45,155 nt of DNA from a virus (lineage: Duplodnaviria; Caudoviricetes), in the IMG/VR virus record IMGVR_UViG_3300027798_000073, positions 1 to 45,155 of that record; one strand, 5' to 3'. This document shows, piece by piece, positions 22,552-31,532 of the stretch (within the stretch, counting starts at the first letter, position 1; each line of letters opens with the position of its first letter). The notes beneath the pieces were generated by a model. It did not search any database. It was not told the origin of the DNA and saw only the letters and a list, made by a program, of their open reading frames with translations. Position numbers and translations under genes: made by a program.

Positions 22552-22967
22552 CTTCCCTCGTCCAACCACGGCCACGTTCCCGCTGGTGCCGTTCTATAGT
22601 TGCCACGGCCCGGAATTGTATGTCGTACACCACCCACCGGATCCTCGACGTCACCCTGGCGACGGGGAATAAGATGGATGTGAGGCCACGGCACAGTTTG
22701 ACCTGCACTTTCGCCGTAATTAAATCCAATGTTGAAACCATCCCACTCTCCTGCATTTACTTGATCAATTCCATGGTTAATAGCATCCATGACTGCTTCT
22801 TGTAGAATATCTACTGTGTTGTATTGTGGAACAAACAACATGTGCCCTTCGGTGCATGGATACTTGTCTAGGTACACTGTAACATGAAAATCTTCACGTA
22901 CCACAGTGGTCCAGGGAGTACCGGCTTCTTCTCGACTGTCTGGAATGGTTTCAAACACCTTCTTCAT
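22548..22967 (-). CDS. HIT family nucleotide hydrolase
   Basis: AGQTVPWPHIHLIPR. Confidence 0.9.
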   Translation of the reverse strand: MKKVFETIPDSREEAGTPWTTVVREDFHVTVYLDKYPCTEGHMLFVPQYNTVDILQEAVMDAINHGIDQVNAGEWDGFNIGFNYGESAGQTVPWPHIHLIPRRQGDVEDPVGGVRHTIPGRGNYRTAPAGTWPWLDEGR

Positions 22968-22970
22968 TGA

Positions 22971-23474
22971 TCACCCTTCGTATATTGAGCTGTTACCAGC
23001 GTGTTCGAATACCTCAGCACTTACTAGACGCACACGAGGAAACTCGTCGCCTAGCAAGTTTTTGTATTTGTTGTCTGGCAGATCATGCAACCACTGACTA
23101 ACATGCTCATAGACTATTTGTGCAAACATTTCACAACCAACGCCAGCAACAATGCGTAGATCACAAACACCGCTGTCATTGTATCCACCTTTGATGTCAT
23201 TCATTTGCTTGAAGAAATCCAGGTGAGGATCATCTTCTGCCACAACAAAGGTATGATCAAACATGCTGTCTAGCCATGCTTTGACTTCCTTGAGTCCTCC
23301 AAAGTCTTGTACCCAGTTATTTTCATCCAGTTCGTCTGCTTCAAATACAAAGCGGAATCCTAGACTGTATCCGTGGATGGTTGAGCAATGTGAGTGTGTG
23401 GCCTTGTGTTGTCTAAAACAACAACTAAAGCCTCTGTCGTTACCGTAAGTTTTTGTACTGAATCGTCTTGCCAT
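22971..23474 (-). CDS. queD: 6-carboxytetrahydropterin synthase
   Basis: HCSTIHGYS, DFGGLK, FDHT, GCEMFA, EHAGNS. Confidence 0.9.
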   Translation of the reverse strand: MARRFSTKTYGNDRGFSCCFRQHKATHSHCSTIHGYSLGFRFVFEADELDENNWVQDFGGLKEVKAWLDSMFDHTFVVAEDDPHLDFFKQMNDIKGGYNDSGVCDLRIVAGVGCEMFAQIVYEHVSQWLHDLPDNKYKNLLGDEFPRVRLVSAEVFEHAGNSSIYEG

Positions 23475-23480
23475 GATTTT

Positions 23481-23545
23481 CTCCTATGTTAGATTATAGC
23501 ATAGGCAGCAGAATTTGTATAGCGGGATGATGCTCAAAGACCGCT
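23481..23545 (-). promoter_or_regulatory. preQ1-I-like pseudoknot plus SD-sequestering hairpin in the queD leader
   Basis: AGCGG-TCTTTGAGCATCATC-CCGCT-ATACAAATTC-TGCT, then CCTATG...CATAGG covering AGGAG. Confidence 0.5.
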
Positions 23546-23552
23546 TAGAGAA

Positions 23553-24050
23553 TTATTTATTGCTAGGGCCAATGCGGTCGTCGGGAACCTGATCAAAGTA
23601 GCCTTCCTTGGCCATTCTTTGTTTCAGTTCCTCTGCACCTGCAACACGTTGTCTAAGCTCACTGGAACTGAAACTGTGATCTCGTCCGTTAAAATACAGA
23701 TCAATATTACGCTTGATACAGATATTACGACCTGTAAATTCTTGACCTTCGTACTCCACACCGAGTATGCGTACATCAATAGGTAAAACAAGCAAGAGGT
23801 CTTCTAGATCTTTTTCTGTGTTATACACCCAGATCTCGTCCACATACTTACAGCCTACCAGTTGCAGTTGTCGTTCAACCACACTCTGTACCGGACGATT
23901 TTTATTAGGCCGGTCCAGCGTTGGATCATTTTGCAAAGCACAAATCAAGTACTCGCATTGTTCTTTTGTTTCACGAAGCATAGCAATATGACCTGCATGT
24001 AGAAGATCAAACGTTGAGGCTGTGAAGCCAACTCTTTTTCCATTTATCAT
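23553..24050 (-). CDS. cytidylyltransferase (TagD/RfaE-II-like)
   Basis: TFDLLHAGH, ERQLQL, KYVDE, FSSSELR. Confidence 0.9.
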   Translation of the reverse strand: MINGKRVGFTASTFDLLHAGHIAMLRETKEQCEYLICALQNDPTLDRPNKNRPVQSVVERQLQLVGCKYVDEIWVYNTEKDLEDLLLVLPIDVRILGVEYEGQEFTGRNICIKRNIDLYFNGRDHSFSSSELRQRVAGAEELKQRMAKEGYFDQVPDDRIGPSNK

Positions 24051-24051
24051 T

Positions 24052-24618
24052 TCAGTTCTCCCACCAGTTTTCCCAAGGAAACACCACCCATGATGGTTCA
24101 TCAAGTTTGTTAATAGTTAGCCCTACGTAGTCCACGTTCTTAAATTCACTGGCTTCGTTGTTGACTAGAACCGCGAAGCGAACAGTGTTGTTCCAGATAC
24201 CTCCCCATACAGGATCATCGGGCAAACATCCACTTGCCCAATCTTCCTGTATCCAGTTTAGTGTACGACCGCTATCGTTAATGTCATCCACAATCAAGAT
24301 GTTCTTGCGAAGTGCAGGGCTAGATGTGATCCGGTCAGGGTCGCGAACCGCAGGAGGCTCAGTGCCTTCGTATGGAACATAACCAAATGCGTCTTCTGCC
24401 ATCCACAAATTGCTTTCAGGTCCAAGGTCAGCATCACGGAAACTGACGTTTAGTGTTTGCATAGGAATGTCGAGATAGTGACTCAACATAGTGGCAGGCA
24501 CAAGTCCGCCACGTGTGATTCCTACAATGTAGTCTGGCCGCCAGTTGTCCTGTGCCATGTCTCTTACAATTTTGTGTATCCATGTTCTTACATGTTTGTC
24601 ATTGTGATATAGTTTCAT
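24052..24618 (-). CDS. purine phosphoribosyltransferase-like protein
   Basis: GITRGGLVPA, ILIVDDINDSGRT, WVVFPWE. Confidence 0.88.
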   Translation of the reverse strand: MKLYHNDKHVRTWIHKIVRDMAQDNWRPDYIVGITRGGLVPATMLSHYLDIPMQTLNVSFRDADLGPESNLWMAEDAFGYVPYEGTEPPAVRDPDRITSSPALRKNILIVDDINDSGRTLNWIQEDWASGCLPDDPVWGGIWNNTVRFAVLVNNEASEFKNVDYVGLTINKLDEPSWVVFPWENWWEN

Positions 24619-24690
24619 TTCTTGGTACCTTTATGTTATGATTAATAATGTTGTCTGGCCATTTCTTGTGTGAGATCGTGACATACAACC

Positions 24691-25164
24691 TTAAACGGAT
24701 TTAGTGCTACTACGCCGGGCGAGATAATCTTCATTGTGTTCCCAATCTGTTCGTGGATCTCTACCTACTAAAAATCCCCATGCGCGAGTGTGTGGTCCGG
24801 GCATGAACAAGGTCCAGGCAGTCACGCCAGGATCCAGTTCAATCCGATGATAACTGTTAGCACTGCAAGTGCGAAAGTGTCCAGGCCCACGCCAGTGACG
24901 AATCTCGCCAATCTTGTGACCAAGGATGTTAAACTCTGGAATCCATTCATAGTAGCCACCTTTCAAAATCAATGTAGCATAAGGCCAGGGATGATCATGC
25001 ACATCATCTGGATCACCCTTTAGAAATTTATGCAGAAATATGTTAAACGGAAAACGCTCTCGTTCTTTCAAGAACAAGTAGTAGCGTTCTAGATACGGCT
25101 CGTTGTCAAGCCTATCTGTGATGATACGTTTGCGTCCTAGCCGATCAAGCAGTTTCAACAGCAT
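24691..25164 (-). CDS. cupin-like phage protein
   Basis: LHKF...HDHPW...GGYYE...HRI. Confidence 0.7.
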   Translation of the reverse strand: MLLKLLDRLGRKRIITDRLDNEPYLERYYLFLKERERFPFNIFLHKFLKGDPDDVHDHPWPYATLILKGGYYEWIPEFNILGHKIGEIRHWRGPGHFRTCSANSYHRIELDPGVTAWTLFMPGPHTRAWGFLVGRDPRTDWEHNEDYLARRSSTKSV

Positions 25165-25558
25165 CTACTTCTTCTTTCAAATAGCGGATCAATTCCTTGT
25201 CCGTGGGTTGTACTGTGTAGTTGGATTTGAAGAATATCTCATATGAGTCGGAACCATATTTGCCTATTCCATACAGCATTGTAGCATCATCATGATCCCA
25301 AGTCAAGAAGTCTTGACTCATTCGTCGCAGTGTGTTTTGCCGTTTGTTGTACATGCCTAGTGGAGTAATCACTTCAATCACTTGTTCGGGTGTGCTTGTT
25401 AGGAACGATTCAGGATCAAGCCAACGACTTAAGAATTCAGGCAAGACCGTTTTTACTGGTTTCCTGCCTGTTTGATTCAACATGATCACACCAACCATGT
25501 GCTGCCATGCTCCGCTGATCTGTTGCTGGACCATAAGATCATCACGCAATTTTAACAT
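25145..25558 (-). CDS. HhH-GPD DNA glycosylase, MBD4-like
   Basis: IMLNQT, PLGMYNKR, LYGIGKYGSDSYEIF, PTDKEL; GGAGG RBS before MLKLRD. Confidence 0.85.
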   Translation of the reverse strand: MLKLRDDLMVQQQISGAWQHMVGVIMLNQTGRKPVKTVLPEFLSRWLDPESFLTSTPEQVIEVITPLGMYNKRQNTLRRMSQDFLTWDHDDATMLYGIGKYGSDSYEIFFKSNYTVQPTDKELIRYLKEEVDAVETA

Positions 25559-26069
25559 TGATGCCTCCCACACTGGAGCCTTTGTAGTTGTCATCTTTTA
25601 ACAAATCATTCACTTGTGTAGCGGTCAGCGGAGGAACAGCACCGTATCCTAGGTCTAGTGTCGTGCCTGTGGATGTTTGGGTTTGTGCCCAGATTGTTCC
25701 CGGAGGATAAGTTCCAGGTTGCGGCGGCCAATTGGGGCCTCCACCAGGTGGCCACTGGGGTGGTGGTACATAAGGGCCAAGCGGAACGCTCCCGCCTCCC
25801 AGACCTCCGCCAGGGTAGACTCGTTTTTGTTGTTGATCAGTTTCAAGTCTTTCCAACCTCCGGAGGATAGTGGCTTGATCATCAAACATGCGGCGCAATG
25901 GACCATTACGTCGATCGTGTTGTGTATGATTACGTGCCAGAGCCGCAATGACCATTAAATGCTGTAAGGTCTTTTGTACGCCAGGATCGTCACTGGCAAT
26001 TGCTTCATCAAATAAATCAATGAATGCTTCTAGGTCAAAATCTGACTGGTCTTTTTCTCTACTTGGCAT
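25542..26069 (-). CDS. hypothetical protein with Pro/Gly-rich tail
   Basis: Start MPSREK; PPPQWPPGGGPNWPPQPG. Confidence 0.7.
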   Translation of the reverse strand: MPSREKDQSDFDLEAFIDLFDEAIASDDPGVQKTLQHLMVIAALARNHTQHDRRNGPLRRMFDDQATILRRLERLETDQQQKRVYPGGGLGGGSVPLGPYVPPPQWPPGGGPNWPPQPGTYPPGTIWAQTQTSTGTTLDLGYGAVPPLTATQVNDLLKDDNYKGSSVGGINVKIA

Positions 26070-26082
26070 ACTGGTTCCCATG

Positions 26083-26313
26083 TTACCACTCTGTGGCTGA
26101 ATTGTCGTCTAGATATTTGTCTACCATTGCATTTGCTTCTGCAAGATCTACGGCATGTACGATAAATGTCACCATACCGTTTTTAATTGAAACATCAAAT
26201 GGCACCTTACCATTGAACATAAAATTCTCAGGCTCGGATTTAATGATGCGAAATTCCTGCATCCTTCGAGCCCTCTCGATTAGATTTTGTGCGAACTCCG
26301 CAGCATTTTTCAT
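26083..26313 (-). CDS. hypothetical protein
   Basis: GGAG RBS, operon packing. Confidence 0.7.
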   Translation of the reverse strand: MKNAAEFAQNLIERARRMQEFRIIKSEPENFMFNGKVPFDVSIKNGMVTFIVHAVDLAEANAMVDKYLDDNSATEW

Positions 26314-26483
26314 ACTATCTCCTCAACAATTCCTAATCCTTCTGCTAGAATTAGCAATGACCCTGCAATCAGTAAGTTTCCATCAATTAGAAAAACTCCT
26401 GCCACAATTCGTAATCCGCTTTTTGCCAGGCTCACATAAAAGTGTCCTCGGCTGGTATCTTTGGGTTGAACGTCTATATTCAT
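26310..26483 (-). CDS. 57 aa membrane protein
   Basis: Manual translation MNIDVQPKDTSRGHFYVSLAKSGLRIVAGVFL...LAEGLGIVEEIV; ATGA overlaps at both ends. Confidence 0.7.
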   Translation of the reverse strand: MNIDVQPKDTSRGHFYVSLAKSGLRIVAGVFLIDGNLLIAGSLLILAEGLGIVEEIV

Positions 26484-27226
26484 CTTGGTGCAAAGTCCTG
26501 TTGTAGTTTGATGTTGTCAAAGAATTCCTTCTTAACACCAGCATCCTCTTTGAATGCTCCGTGTAACACAGTGGTCTGTGTCAACGAACTGTGAGCCATG
26601 ATGCCACGGTTCTCACAGCATCCATGTATGGCCTGTATGTACACGCCAACATCTTTGGATCCTGTTGCTGCCATTATTTCTCGGGCGATGTCGTTGCAGA
26701 GTTCTTCCTGTAGAGTACCACGACGAGCGCACCACTGAGCAATACGAGTGTACTTGCTAAGACCAATGAGCTTTTGAGCGGCAATAATCCCGATATAAGC
26801 AACGCCACTGACAGGTTGGTGGTGATGACTGCACATACTGCGAAGCTCACTGCGTACCACAAGCATTCCTTCGTAGCGGTCTGCTGAATCATTTGGAAAT
26901 GCTGTTGCGTCTGGTGCTGGTTCATATCTTCCTGCCATTATTTCGTTAAAGTACATCTTGGCCAGTCTACGTGCTGTACCTTGACTATTAGGATCGTTTT
27001 CACGATCGATCAGCAGTGCGTCTAGCACACCTTCGAATGCCACGGTGGCTTCATCAATCAGTTTATCTTTTGTAACATCTGATACGTATTCACTAATGTT
27101 GTCGCCTGCCCAGAAACGTCTGCCATCACGTTTCATCTTAGCACGGAGGTATCCACCTAGGTAACCTTCCGAATATCCGCCATCGCCTGCCATTGCGTCC
27201 AGGCCTGTTTCTTTTTTATCTGTCAA
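26480..27226 (-). CDS. folE: GTP cyclohydrolase I
   Basis: TARRLAKMY, SMCSHH, IGLSKYTR, LQEEL, HGCCENRG; TTG start with GGAG RBS. Confidence 0.95.
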   Translation of the reverse strand: MTDKKETGLDAMAGDGGYSEGYLGGYLRAKMKRDGRRFWAGDNISEYVSDVTKDKLIDEATVAFEGVLDALLIDRENDPNSQGTARRLAKMYFNEIMAGRYEPAPDATAFPNDSADRYEGMLVVRSELRSMCSHHHQPVSGVAYIGIIAAQKLIGLSKYTRIAQWCARRGTLQEELCNDIAREIMAATGSKDVGVYIQAIHGCCENRGIMAHSSLTQTTVLHGAFKEDAGVKKEFFDNIKLQQDFAPR

Positions 27227-27267
27227 TTTGATTTTCTCCGAGTTAATGACGTGGATGTCAATTGTTA

Positions 27268-27296
27268 ATTGTAAACTTATTTAGACGAGCTGTCAA
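27268..27296 (-). promoter_or_regulatory. sigma70-type promoter with nested TAAATA
   Basis: TTGACA-17 nt-TACAAT. Confidence 0.75.
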
Positions 27297-28281
27297 CAGA
27301 TTCTGGCAGGTTATTATACCATTTCCATGCACTGTTGATGATTGTTTCTAGGTCACTGCGTTCTGGACTCCAACCTAGTGTACTGCTGGATAGCACAGTT
27401 CCAGCAACTAATCTAGCTGGATCTCCGGCTCGACGATCTCCGACCACTACTTCTACAGGTCCAACATACTGTTTTACTGCATCAATGATTTCCTGGTTGC
27501 TGTAGCCTCTTCCAGTGCCTAGGTTCAACATATAATGATTGCCACGTTGGCTATCACCAAAGCTCATGCAGTATTGGATAGCCATCATGTGAGCTTCTGC
27601 TAGATCTTCTACGTGTACATAGTCTCGAACACAGGTACCATCAGCAGTAGGATAATCTGTGCCATATAGTGTGAACTCTTTATGGTCTCTCACACTCTCT
27701 AGCAAACGAGCAATGATATGAGTTGCACCTGGTGCTTGTCCTAGCTCACCATCTGCATCTGCTCCACATGCATTGAAATATCTCAAGCTCATAGCAGTTA
27801 GTCCGTATGCACGACACATGTCAGTTAGCATGAGCTCAATCATGGCCTTGCTTTGTCCATATGGACTGAGTGGATTCCAAGGTTGGTTCACTTCAATGAG
27901 ATCAACGTCGGGCTCACCGTACACAGCGGCACTGCTGGAGAATATCACAACAGGCGGATGTGGTAAACTCTTTAGTACAGACAAAAACATAGCTGTCTTG
28001 GCCACATTGTTTGTGTAGTACTCTGCTGGATCTAGTACGCTAGGACCAACAAGACTGGTGCCTGCACAGTGTACAACTGCACTGATAGCTTGATATTCTG
28101 TGAGTAATTTGAAACAGTCATCACTTGCATAGTCAGTCTCAATGAACTCGTGCATGTGTTTTATTGCATGCTCGCGCCTTACCCGATCAACGCCAACCAC
28201 AGCATATCCTGTATCTTTAAGAAGTTTGCACACATGACTACCAATGTAGCCAGTTGCTCCTGTTACTAACACAGCAATCAT
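27277..28281 (-). CDS. galE: UDP-glucose 4-epimerase
   Basis: VTGATGYIGSH, FSSSAAVYG, YGQSK, LRYFN, DGTCVRDYVHVEDLAEAH, RRAGDP. Confidence 0.92.
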   Translation of the reverse strand: MIAVLVTGATGYIGSHVCKLLKDTGYAVVGVDRVRREHAIKHMHEFIETDYASDDCFKLLTEYQAISAVVHCAGTSLVGPSVLDPAEYYTNNVAKTAMFLSVLKSLPHPPVVIFSSSAAVYGEPDVDLIEVNQPWNPLSPYGQSKAMIELMLTDMCRAYGLTAMSLRYFNACGADADGELGQAPGATHIIARLLESVRDHKEFTLYGTDYPTADGTCVRDYVHVEDLAEAHMMAIQYCMSFGDSQRGNHYMLNLGTGRGYSNQEIIDAVKQYVGPVEVVVGDRRAGDPARLVAGTVLSSSTLGWSPERSDLETIINSAWKWYNNLPESVDSSSK

Positions 28282-28282
28282 C

Positions 28283-28495
28283 TTAAACGTCCCTGTCCAT
28301 TTCGCCTGCTTCTTTGACCAAGCTCAATACTTCGTCCAGCGTGTTGCACAGGATCTTGGCATTCACATAGTCGCCTTTTTTGTTACGCCCACCAGCTTCT
28401 AGCATGAAGCCATTGTCGTACATGTTGACAGTAAATGATTCATTTACCTTGGTCAGCTTGTCGCTGAGTTTGTTTACTGATTTAGCTGTTGCCAT
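28283..28495 (-). CDS. hypothetical protein
   Basis: Operon packing. Confidence 0.7.
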   Translation of the reverse strand: MATAKSVNKLSDKLTKVNESFTVNMYDNGFMLEAGGRNKKGDYVNAKILCNTLDEVLSLVKEAGEMDRDV

Positions 28496-28497
28496 GA

Positions 28498-29193
28498 TTA
28501 TTTCCTATCCCCAAAAAGTTGTAATAAATTCAAGAACAAGTTGATAAAGTCCATGTACAGTGTTAATGCGCCACGCACTTCTGCAACATTGCTGGCCTCT
28601 ACACTGAGTTCTTCACGAATCTTTTGTGTGTCGTAGGCAGTGAGTCCTAAAAAGATAATGATGGCTAATGCTGAGATTACCATTTGCATAACTGTTGAAC
28701 CAATGAAGATATTAACAATACTGGCAATAACAATAGCAATCAATCCTACGAACATAAACTTGCCCACGCTGTCCAGGCTACGTTTGGTAAAGTAACCATA
28801 GCCACTCATCACTCCAAACAATATGGCTGCACCCATGAATGCACTCACGATTGATCCCATGGTAAACACAGCAAATATCATGGAAAAGCTCAAGCCCATT
28901 AAGGCCGCAAATCCATGCAAACATAACTGTGCAGTACCTTTGCTGGGATTGTTACCCAGCACGTAGCTGATGCCAAAGATAGCCGCAAGTGGTGCAAAGA
29001 TCACAATCCACTTCAACACACCTGTAAAAAAGAATGCCAGTAACTCTGGGGTGGTGCCCACAAAGTAACTAACAATCATGGAAACTAAAACAGCCAGGCT
29101 CATGTGTCCGTAAACACGGCCCATTGCTGAATTGATTTCCTCGGCTGAACGGTATGCAATAACCCCGCCGTCTGTATAATTTGTACCAAACAT
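28498..29193 (-). CDS. BAX inhibitor-1/YccA family membrane protein
   Basis: About 7 TM segments; LTAYDTQKI, GALTLYMDFINLF; AGGAG RBS before MFGTNY. Confidence 0.9.
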   Translation of the reverse strand: MFGTNYTDGGVIAYRSAEEINSAMGRVYGHMSLAVLVSMIVSYFVGTTPELLAFFFTGVLKWIVIFAPLAAIFGISYVLGNNPSKGTAQLCLHGFAALMGLSFSMIFAVFTMGSIVSAFMGAAILFGVMSGYGYFTKRSLDSVGKFMFVGLIAIVIASIVNIFIGSTVMQMVISALAIIIFLGLTAYDTQKIREELSVEASNVAEVRGALTLYMDFINLFLNLLQLFGDRK

Positions 29194-29194
29194 T

Positions 29195-29410
29195 TTATTC
29201 TCCTTTAAGTACTTGTAGCATTCTATACTGTTCAAACAGTTTTGTCAAGTCGACCCATCCACCTAGCCCATCTGCTATCTGCAGAGTTTGTCCATATGCC
29301 CATGACGCTGCCGCACGATGATACAATATTTGTGTGGTGCGATGATCAACTATGGGTGCAGACTCTATTAACATTTGTGACCATAGTTCCTGATCAGAAC
29401 TTTGTTTCAT
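29195..29410 (-). CDS. hypothetical protein (start uncertain)
   Basis: Fills the operon gap; ends FEQYRMLQVLKGE. Confidence 0.5.
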   Translation of the reverse strand: MKQSSDQELWSQMLIESAPIVDHRTTQILYHRAAASWAYGQTLQIADGLGGWVDLTKLFEQYRMLQVLKGE

Positions 29411-30587
29411 GTGTGTGCTTGCGATAGTCTGTGCTCATGCGCCGCATACGCTCGCCTTTACCTTGCATGATGTTCACGATACGTTCAACTGTATTGTTGG
29501 TGTGATCACTGATACGGCCTTGGTTGGCATGCGGCCTGCGGATCAGCTTTTCCAGCTTGGTGATAGCATCCTCTAGACTCCAAGGAATATAAAGTCTGTC
29601 AGGACAGTTTGCAAAGGTTTCAGGGAAACTACGATAAGCAGGATAAAGTACATTGCAACCAAGAGTGTCCGCTTCTGATACAGTGTTTGAGACCCAATCT
29701 TGCAGAGCGCAATTAAAAAGCACACGAGTGTCATTAAGGAGACGATAGTAATCATTCTTCTCCAGGTCCTCATAGATTGTGAGCAAGCCACGTGCTTGTA
29801 GGTCTCTTGTACGAGCCATGTAGCTGTCGTTGTTGCTCTTTAGTTTGGCACCAGAGAACAAGGCAAACTCCAGCTTCTCACCTGGATGGCGTTCTGCCCA
29901 CAGTTCAATTAGATCCATGTAAAAGTCTGGTTGCTTCTCTTGATCCCAACGTGCGGCAAAGCCCACTCGGAATGCACGTTGATCAAATGGTCGAAGCTCG
30001 CCGCCTGGCACACGCTCACGTACTTCGCTCTTGCCAAACGCAAGTCCGGAGATGTTGTAGATAGGAGCAGTCCAGCCTGCCACCTTCATGTGCATGACCA
30101 TCTCTTCGTTGGTAGCAAGTACAGCACCACCAGAGATTGTGACAATATCATTGACCATGCGTTCATAGTCCATCATCCACCGGCCCATGCCCCAAACGTG
30201 TACAAAGTCATCTGGGTCAATTGCTTGTGCCAAACAGCGCACATAGATTTTGGGACGCAGGTTATCAGGAACTTGGTTGATGATGTAGCCAAGACTTTCA
30301 AAGCCTGGTTGGAACATGTCTTCAAAGTAGATCACATCCTCGCCAGTTACTTCGCCTTGTTGCATCATACGAACCAGGTTCATCGTCTGGCTCATGCTAA
30401 AGTAACTGCGACCATGTGCGTCCAGCACCTGACCCACAACAATCTGCTGACTGTTGTCTAGGGTCTCGCCGGGCACATAGACCACATCTAGTCCACGTGC
30501 ATCAAACACACGCCGGTTCCACTCTGTGAGTTGCAGAGTATATCGAGCCTTGTAGCTCTCCAGGCCCATGTAGTATAGCTTACGCAT
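29394..30587 (-). CDS. GT-B fold glycosyltransferase (GT4-like)
   Basis: FAARWDQEKQP, LQDWVSNTVSEADTLGC, YRSFPE. Confidence 0.8.
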   Translation of the reverse strand: MRKLYYMGLESYKARYTLQLTEWNRRVFDARGLDVVYVPGETLDNSQQIVVGQVLDAHGRSYFSMSQTMNLVRMMQQGEVTGEDVIYFEDMFQPGFESLGYIINQVPDNLRPKIYVRCLAQAIDPDDFVHVWGMGRWMMDYERMVNDIVTISGGAVLATNEEMVMHMKVAGWTAPIYNISGLAFGKSEVRERVPGGELRPFDQRAFRVGFAARWDQEKQPDFYMDLIELWAERHPGEKLEFALFSGAKLKSNNDSYMARTRDLQARGLLTIYEDLEKNDYYRLLNDTRVLFNCALQDWVSNTVSEADTLGCNVLYPAYRSFPETFANCPDRLYIPWSLEDAITKLEKLIRRPHANQGRISDHTNNTVERIVNIMQGKGERMRRMSTDYRKHTHETKF

Positions 30588-30877
30588 TATCGATTTCCTG
30601 AACGATAGTTGTTGTATCCACGAGGACCATTGGTATCACGTGGTTTGAATTTGTTACGATCGTCTTCCTTTTGGAACCAACGATTCTTCACATACTTGCC
30701 ATCACGCTTGCGCATGAAGTCTTGATAGGTGATACTGCGTTCGTTGTAGAGATCACGTTCATCAAAGATATACCCGTAGTTTACACAAAAGGTGCGTAGG
30801 TCCTCAAGATCATCGTAGATCTGCGATACTTCTGGCTTCATTTGTAGATATTTGTTGAGCCATTTTGGTTGTGCCAT
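30587..30877 (-). CDS. hypothetical protein
   Basis: AGGAG RBS. Confidence 0.75.
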   Translation of the reverse strand: MAQPKWLNKYLQMKPEVSQIYDDLEDLRTFCVNYGYIFDERDLYNERSITYQDFMRKRDGKYVKNRWFQKEDDRNKFKPRDTNGPRGYNNYRSGNR

Positions 30878-30891
30878 TTTAGTTTCTCCTA

Positions 30892-31332
30892 TCAGGCGTT
30901 AAGTGTTTGTTCGGGGGTACGTGGATCGCGGTACACAATCTCACAGCCATTTTCATCATCCTCGCTAACACTGATAATAACATGTCTGCCAGGATAACGC
31001 AAGTTGATTTGGGAATATAGGTCGTCTGCAATCATTTCGCATGACTTGTAGTCAAGTGCTAGGACGGAACCGTTACCATTATACAGTGCCTCGAGCCATC
31101 GCTTGAATTGGATGAACTCAATATCTCTGTCGTTATGGAACACAGAGATGGCCACCTTGAAATGGAAAATATGGCGATGAGGATTAGCCAGGAACGCAAC
31201 ATCAGCCAGTTGTGGATCAGTGGCTGCTGCCGGATACTTATGTATGCCTTCTTTTTGGAATCTCACCCAGATCATACGATCTGCCATGTGACTGTTGATG
31301 CCGGTTTGTTCTCGGTCTGACTGGGTGGTCAT
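30892..31332 (-). CDS. QueD/PTPS-like T-fold protein (second, divergent copy)
   Basis: EGIH, PHRHIFHF, DRDIEFIQFK, SCEMIA, VSEDDENG parallel QueD motifs. Confidence 0.65.
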   Translation of the reverse strand: MTTQSDREQTGINSHMADRMIWVRFQKEGIHKYPAAATDPQLADVAFLANPHRHIFHFKVAISVFHNDRDIEFIQFKRWLEALYNGNGSVLALDYKSCEMIADDLYSQINLRYPGRHVIISVSEDDENGCEIVYRDPRTPEQTLNA

Positions 31333-31532
31333 GCTAACAGTCCTTCGCACATGGTTTTGATGTGTGCTTCTTCTAAAAAGAATTGATAGGTGCTCGTGTT
31401 TACAACTTCACCTTGGTCGTTGTAGCACTCTCCAGTGAACTCTAGGCACTTGAGAGTGCTTGGGCTCACGCAGTTGAATACTTTTGCATGTAGTTTAAAA
31501 GCCTCTTCGTCTCTTATATAAAACTCTTTCAT
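31329..31532 (-). CDS. hypothetical protein
   Basis: ATGA overlaps. Confidence 0.65.
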   Translation of the reverse strand: MKEFYIRDEEAFKLHAKVFNCVSPSTLKCLEFTGECYNDQGEVVNTSTYQFFLEEAHIKTMCEGLLA

